Source of the DNA: the human T2T-CHM13v2.0 reference genome, Homo sapiens
Assembly (NCBI RefSeq): GCF_009914755.1
Contig: NC_060932.1
Reading direction: 5' to 3' (one strand)
Length of the DNA stretch: 64,000 nt
Of this stretch, positions 53,281 to 64,000 are shown piece by piece. The position numbers and the translations under genes were made by a program. Position 1 is the first letter of the stretch; each line of letters begins with the position of its first letter. Under the pieces are notes generated by a model that worked only from the letters and a program-made list of their open reading frames with translations, was not told the origin of the DNA and did no database searches.

Positions 53281-53543
53281 GTACCATTCTTATCCCCTTT
53301 CAGAGCTACTAGCATTGCCCAGGGTAAAAATTTACAGCAAGTAAACCTTAACTAAGAATGCTTGCTCCAGAGCCTGGGGGCTTCCCCTCAAGTCAGCTCC
53401 AGGACTGCCTAAAGGAAGAGCACCCCGGCAGCAGACTCAGCCAGGCTCAAGGCCACCGTGTCTATTTTCTGGCCTCCTGAGTTCAGGGCCCTTTCCCTTC
53501 TGCTCACGTGCTGTGCCAACAGCCTGTCTGGGTGTTCTCAGAG

Positions 53544-54086
<543 letters not shown>

Positions 54087-54865
54087 TACTTCTTCTTCTA
54101 GATCCTCTATTTCCTCTTCAGCAAAAAACCCATCCCAGTGATCCCCCACCCCTTCCTCTTGGAGGGTTCCCTTTTCTTGGTTATAAGCAGCTATTGCATA
54201 ATACTAAGAACAATGATGTGTGTCTTCATCGTTAGAATCTAGCATCCTTGTATCTCCTGGGAGGTCGTGGACTGTTCTGACTCAGGTATGCTATAAATCC
54301 TGAGTGGGGATGTCTAGGGATGCTCATTGTCTGTTAGTTGTGTCCTGTCCACGGCTGTTCCCCACTCTGCTCTGCATACCACAGAAAGGGAAATAAGGCC
54401 TGGTGGTGGGATAGGTAGGAGGTGGGGGCAGATGAGGCACAGAACAAATTCCACCTTGAAAATCTTGGAGGTAACTGGGGAACTTGGTACACAGCTTGTT
54501 CAAACAATGAGAAAAATCAGATGGAATAAGTTCTCATCCAGAACTTCACATTGAGAAGGAGGGATATAGGTTGTGAGGGCTCTCTAGCCATGGAAAGATC
54601 AGCTGTTACAATCTTTCAGTGATGCTTCTGGAAGCACACGGCATTTGTGGTGGCCACCCTGGAGGAGATAAGTCATTCCAGCTTAGGCTCAGAGGCTCAC
54701 AGGGCTGAAGGGGTCTTGGAGCCTTGCCTCGACTTCTCCCCCACCCAGCACTTTAATCTAAGAAGGTCACATTGCAAAAGGGTCCTGGCACCCCTGCTTA
54801 CACCAGTCTCTCCATCTTCAGTTAGTGCTGACTGTCAGAATTTTCTGTATTCTGTTCAGACTTAG

Positions 54866-56830
<1,965 letters not shown>

Positions 56831-57054
56831 AGAAGATGCTCTCAGAGGATCACAAACACTGCCGTATAATCTAGACCTTAACTATTTCCTATGGGATTTA
56901 TTTAGTGCAGTTTGATCTCAAGTGTGAGATGGTGAGAATCCTGAGAGGTTTCTTTCAGGTAAGAAAACCTGAGAGGTAAGAATCTGAGAGGTTCTGAGAG
57001 GTTTGTGCCAGATATGCATTTAGATCTCTTGGGATGTAGGCTGGAGCTGGCCAC

Positions 57055-57169
57055 GTATTGAGACAGGGCTGTTGGAGAATAAAAAGCCTGATAATTTCAT
57101 GTCAGTCTCTTCTCATGATGTCCCTGGAGCTCCAAGAGGCACCACAGCTTATCAGAAGTTGTGAGAACA
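57055..57169 (-). repeat. Right arm of the 115-bp inverted duplication (partner 53544-53658)
   Basis: See the partner feature. Confidence 0.93.
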
Positions 57170-58752
57170 GTTCCAGTTTTGGTTCTCAAACTGGGATCTT
57201 GAGTTCTGGTTTTCAAACTGGGACCTTGAGTGACTAAGAGTAACAGGGCAACCTCCCAGACTGAAGCCCCAGGGCCGATTCAAGGACACATCTGCCGAGG
57301 GCCAAGACCCTGAAGTGGACAATTTTCTTCCTTACCTCTGTCTTCCCCAGCTCTCCTAGCCCCTCCTTCCCTCTGTGGGGGTCCCTAAGCCCAGCTAGTC
57401 CTCTGCACCCTGGGAGGTCCCAAGGCCTGCTCATCGGCTGCCTCCTCACTTACCAGCTCTGGGCCCTGCTCCCTGAGCAGGAAACTGGACTGAAACTTGG
57501 TCCATATGGGGACGGCTGACAATCATCCACCCCTTCCCAGAGAGTTCATTTGGGTCTTTTATTGCTGTTCATTGCACAACAAATAGTCACATAAACCTAA
57601 ACAAGGGAAAATTCTTCCAGTGTCCCACAACAGAGCACACTGGTTTCATTTTGTTTTTCTAACTCTGTTCATATGCATATTCAATCTTTATAATTTGATT
57701 TCTGGGTTTTTTCCCACCTAATATTATTATTATATTGTAATCATTTTATAAGCATTTTTTATCCTCTGTTTTATAATTATGATTTTGATGACTGCCTATA
57801 AGTCCCTCAAGAGGACACATTTAATTTACCCATTCTCTTACTGTTGAATCCTTTTTTTCAATCATGGTAAATAAACGCAGAAAGGTTCCTCCCCTTCCCT
57901 TTGAAATTTTTCCTAATAATAAATTTCCAGAAGCTGGATTAGTAGGTCAAAAGGCATGGACATTTTTATGACTCTTAAAAATTCCAGCCGAACTACTTCT
58001 CAAAAAAAGTTATACTAATTTACATTTACATTACAGATTTTAAAATGTGCCGAGTTCAGTGCAATCTCACTGCACTGAGTATTACAATTTTCATGTTGTG
58101 AATTTCACAGATATAAAATGGTAACATTATTTTTATGTGAGTCTATTTGCATTTTAGAAGCGGCCTTTTCAAGGTGATGCATCAGCTCATAGGAATAAGA
58201 TACTTCAGGTACCGGGGCTAATCAGAACAAAAATTATTTGGGGATAAATATTCTTTGGGCATCAACTCGCGTAGGGCAGCCTCCTTTTTTGGGATCATTT
58301 GCACATCCCAGAAGAGAATTATGTCCTTCCAACAGTCAGAGCGTGTTCTCTGCTTACACACCACCACCACCCAGCCTCTTTCCTCATTTAATTCCTTCCA
58401 GATGTTTGCTGTCCTCAACAGGGAATAATTCTTAGTTGAGTGTGACTCTCTTAATTCATGTTTATGCAAACAGCTCATTTATCTCTCTGCCTGGCCTACT
58501 TTAAATGTGTTTTAATTATTCTTCAACTTTTATACTTTCACAAATGGGAAAGCAGATCATAGAACAGTGTAATACCAAGTGGCTTTCCCTGAGTATGTGC
58601 CAAGCACTGTTCTAAGTGCTTCCCATATTAATACACTTAATCCTATTATAACCCTATAAGTATTGTTAGGATCCTCATAGTTCAAATGAGGAAACTGAGG
58701 CACACAGAGGTTCAGTAACTCACAAGGTCTCATGGACAGTATACCGTGGTGA

Positions 58753-59165
<413 letters not shown>

Positions 59166-60330
59166 AGAACACACTTTTTAATGGTCAGAGACACTCCTAT
59201 AAAATAAGCTTTGAAGGGAGTGAGTTCCTCATGATAAACCTAGGCTGGGGTCAGGCTGTGTGGCAGAAACCATGTAGAGATTCAAATTAAGACTCTGACT
59301 CAATATTGATTACTGAATACTAATGAATGTTATTAGCATAGTAGTGTAATAATCTATGATTAATGTATTCATGTCTGCTGCAGGCCCCGGCCTGAGCTAG
59401 GTGGCTTGCCCCTGCACATCCACTGCGACCTTCTCATCTGCACAGCACTGCCTCCCCACCCACAGCCCACCCCAAGCCTGCTCCCTCTTCTCTAATTGTC
59501 CTTTATGTCCATGAAAAAAATGGCATAAGGTCAGGATGGTCCATATGTGATCCAACCAGATAGGCTGCCTTCCCCCAATACATCAGGTGTCCCTACAGTG
59601 CCAGCTGGGTAGGTACATGTGTATGGGAGGGAAGAAGGAAGCTAAGGGTCCTATTTGAGATTTAGTGACCTAAACCTTGGGCACTGGTGTGAATCATAAC
59701 CCTTTATCTTTGCAAAGAATTCTGCAACCATTGCCTCACTTAATTTTCAAGCTGACTAACCTGGGAGGTAGGGGAGCAAGTATGCTGAATCTCATTTAAG
59801 GATGAGAAAAGAGAGGCTCAGGAAGTCAGGAGATTGCCTGAAGAATGAAATTGGGGTGAATTTGTGCCATCTGTCCCTTACCCTGTCCTCCAAACCTACT
59901 GCTGGGATGGTCAGTCACATGGCAAACTCCAAGCAGGCGGAGCAGGAAAGGAGATGACATTTATTAATCACCTACTGTATGCCAAACTTGGCTATAGTCT
60001 CTTACTAGAAGTTGCTTCCTTTACTCTTCCCAGCACACTTACAATGTAGAATTGTTATGCCCATTTTCAGATGGAGAAACTCAAGAAGGTGGCAGAGCTC
60101 AGGCAGGCTCAGAATGCTCAATCTCCAAAAGCCCTGCTGCCTACCACTCTCCTCCCTCACACAAAACAGCATGGAGAATCTCCCCTCTTTCTTTCTAGGA
60201 AGCAATGGCAGAGTGCAAATTGCCAAATGCCCTACAATCCCATGGTATGGTCCCCCCCAGTCCTGCAGGCAGATAGTATCACCGCTTCACAGGTGAAATA
60301 ACCCAAACCACAGCAATTCAGTAACTAGCT

Positions 60331-60987
<657 letters not shown>

Positions 60988-61420
60988 TAGCTCAAGGCCA
61001 CCCTGCTAGTAGGAAGCAGCTCCAAGCCCATGTCTCTTCTCTTGCCCTGTGTTCAAGTCCTGCCTTCTCTTTAGGCTAATGACACGGAAAGAAGGAAGGA
61101 AGGTGAGTATCAGACTTCACAGAGCATCACATCTAGGGCAGAGTGTCAGAAGGGATGGGACGGAACGCCACTGCACAGCAAGCATATCAATACAAGTGCC
61201 GAGAAAAAGGGAGGGGCCTTCCTTCAGGTGGCAGGCAAAACTGGGTTGCATTTACTGAGGTCTGGATTCATGTGACTTTAATGGAAAATTCATTTAAAAG
61301 CAGAACATAATATTCATTCAGAATCTGCAAGAAAGAAGTTATCAGTAGAGCTCTAGCACTTCAAGTGCTGTGCACAGGAAACAATTAGGGTTTCCCTGAC
61401 CCTGGGATGCAGGAGAAAAC

Positions 61421-62548
61421 CAGGGCCTGCACTCAGGGTGTGTGACCAGTGCAGTCACACGGGGCCCCATGCTGGGGGTTTAATTCTCTGCTGTCGCTCT
61501 TCTGAAACTGGTGATGAATTTATCTCTGAATTTGTGTTTTCTCAGGGAAGTCCTAAGGCACAATGAAGCCTGTGCTGGGGATGTGGACCCCTGGCTTAGG
61601 TGCAGTCCCACCTCCCACCACCCCCTCGCCACCCCAGAATGGGGTCCAGCCACCCAGTGCCTCACCCCTCCTCTCTATCCCCAGTGGCAATGGTCAGGGT
61701 CAGGCCTGGTATGTGTGATGAGTCATAGGATAGGGCTCTAGGCACCTATAAGTATCTTGACTCTGACTCATGAGTGTCCCTGTACCTGAGAAAGAACAAC
61801 AGTGACTGGTTGAAAGAGACCATGGCAGCAAGGAAACAGCTTTTTTCCTGCTTTTTGGACAAAGAACCTTGCATTTTTATTTATTTATTTATTTTACACA
61901 GAGTCTCGCTCTGTCACCCAGGCAGAGCAGGGGTGCGATCTCAGCTCACTGCAACCTCTGCCTCCCAGGTTCAAGCAATTCTACTGCCTCCAGAGTAGCT
62001 GGGACTACATGCACACGCCACCACGCCTGGCTAATTTTTGTATTTTCAGTAGAGACGCGTTCCACCATGTTGGCTAGGCTGGTCTTGAACTTCTAACCTT
62101 AAGTGATCCACTCGCCTCGGCCTCCCAAAGTGCTGGGATTACAGGTGTGAGCCACCGCACCCGGCCAAAGAACCGTGCATTTTTAATTTTTTATTTTTAT
62201 TTTATTTTACGATGGACTCTCACTCTGTCACCCAGGCTGGAGTGCAGTGGCGTCATCTCGGCTCACTGCAACCTCAACTTTTCTGGGCTCAAGAGATCCT
62301 CCTACCTCAGACTGCTTAGTAGCTGGGACTACAGGCGTGCACCACCACACCCAGCTAAATTTTGCATTTTGTGTAGAGATGGGGTTTCACCATATTGCTC
62401 AGGCTTGTCTTGAACTCCTAGACTCAAGCAATCTGCCCACCTTGTCCTCCCAAAGTCCTGAGATTACAGGTATGAGCCACCATGCCCAGCCTGAGAACCT
62501 TGCATTTTTGCTGTGCATGGAGCCCTGCAAATTACGAAGCTGGTCCTG
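61421..62548 (+). mobile_element. MER45-like hAT element interrupted by two tandem antisense Alus
   Basis: Ends CAGGGCC... and ...GGTCCTG; internal gtgcagtcacac.gggcccc and gccctgcaaatta; Alus at about 61880-62166 and 62185-62492. Confidence 0.65.
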
Positions 62549-62629
62549 ATAAAAAACTAACTACTGTCGATCTTCTGTGACTCAGATAGCAACTCTGAAT
62601 AAGCAAATAAGCAATTCCAGGGGGACCCT

Positions 62630-63312
<683 letters not shown>

Positions 63313-63451
63313 GGTCCTTTAACATCCCTGGTTAGCAGGATGGGTTCCTGCTGCCCTCTTGGGCTGCAGGCGTTGATTTTTAGGACTAGCAGATGTAATC
63401 TACTCTTTCAAAATATTAGACAGTGACAAGTGGTTAGAACAGGGCAGATTC

Positions 63452-63757
63452 AGCTGCGCACAGTGGCTCACGCCTGTAATCCTAGCACTTTAGGAGGCTG
63501 AGGCGGGTGAACCACCTAAGGTCAGGAGTTCGAGACCAGCCTGACTAACATTGTGAAGCCCCGCCTCTACAAAAAATACAAAAGTTAGCCAGCTGTGGTG
63601 GCGCACACCTGTGGTCCCAGCTACTCAGGAGGCTGAGGCAGGAGAATTGCTTGAACTTGGGAGGTAGAGGTTACAGTGAGCCAAGATCATGCCACTGCAC
63701 AGCAGCCTGGGTGACAGAGTGAGACTCCATCTTAAAAAAAAAAAAAAAAAAAGAGAC
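63452..63757 (+). mobile_element. AluS
   Basis: Full dimer; TSD AACAGGGCAGATTCA. Confidence 0.92.
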
Positions 63758-64000
63758 AACAGGGCAGATTCATGAGATTCATGTGGTGAGTGCACTGTGG
63801 GGCCCATTTTAAAATCTATAACATAAATATAAACTTATATAACTTTTTTGGAAAGTAATTTGGCTGAAATATTTAAGTCATAAAATGTCCATGTTTTTTG
63901 ACCTAATTCAGGTTCTGGAAATTTATTATTAGGAAAATTTTCAAAACAGGGGAAACCTTTCTCTGTTTATTTATCATGATTGAAAAAAGACTGAGGAGCA

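Overview
Human (or very closely related hominid) genomic DNA. It contains the 3' part of SCARA5 (scavenger receptor class A member 5; human 8p21) on the minus strand. Six coding exons are present with canonical GT-AG sites: coiled-coil spacer 51780-52454; collagen exons 38941-39021, 36427-36525 and 34054-34110; SRCR exons 8897-9094 and 1263-1399. The 3' UTR runs off the left edge, and the 5' exons (cytoplasmic and TM) lie beyond the right edge. Exon numbers are from my recollection of the 9-exon gene model. The introns hold the MIR4287 hairpin, an old 470-bp NUMT (CYTB-tRNA-Glu-ND6), a 1.75-kb purine/pyrimidine tract, and many Alu, L1, MIR, L2, MaLR, ERV1 and MER elements. Almost all other ORFs in the track are spurious. 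I found no convincing novel biological system. The most interesting observations are an L1-made processed retrocopy of a HERV-H transcript, an unexplained 115-bp inverted duplication in intron 3, the indel-free NUMT whose ND6 part is an open ORF in strong Kozak context, a YY1-motif minisatellite inside an L2, and features favouring an SRCR-less isoform. Repeat family calls are by-eye recognition and their boundaries are approximate unless TSDs are given.
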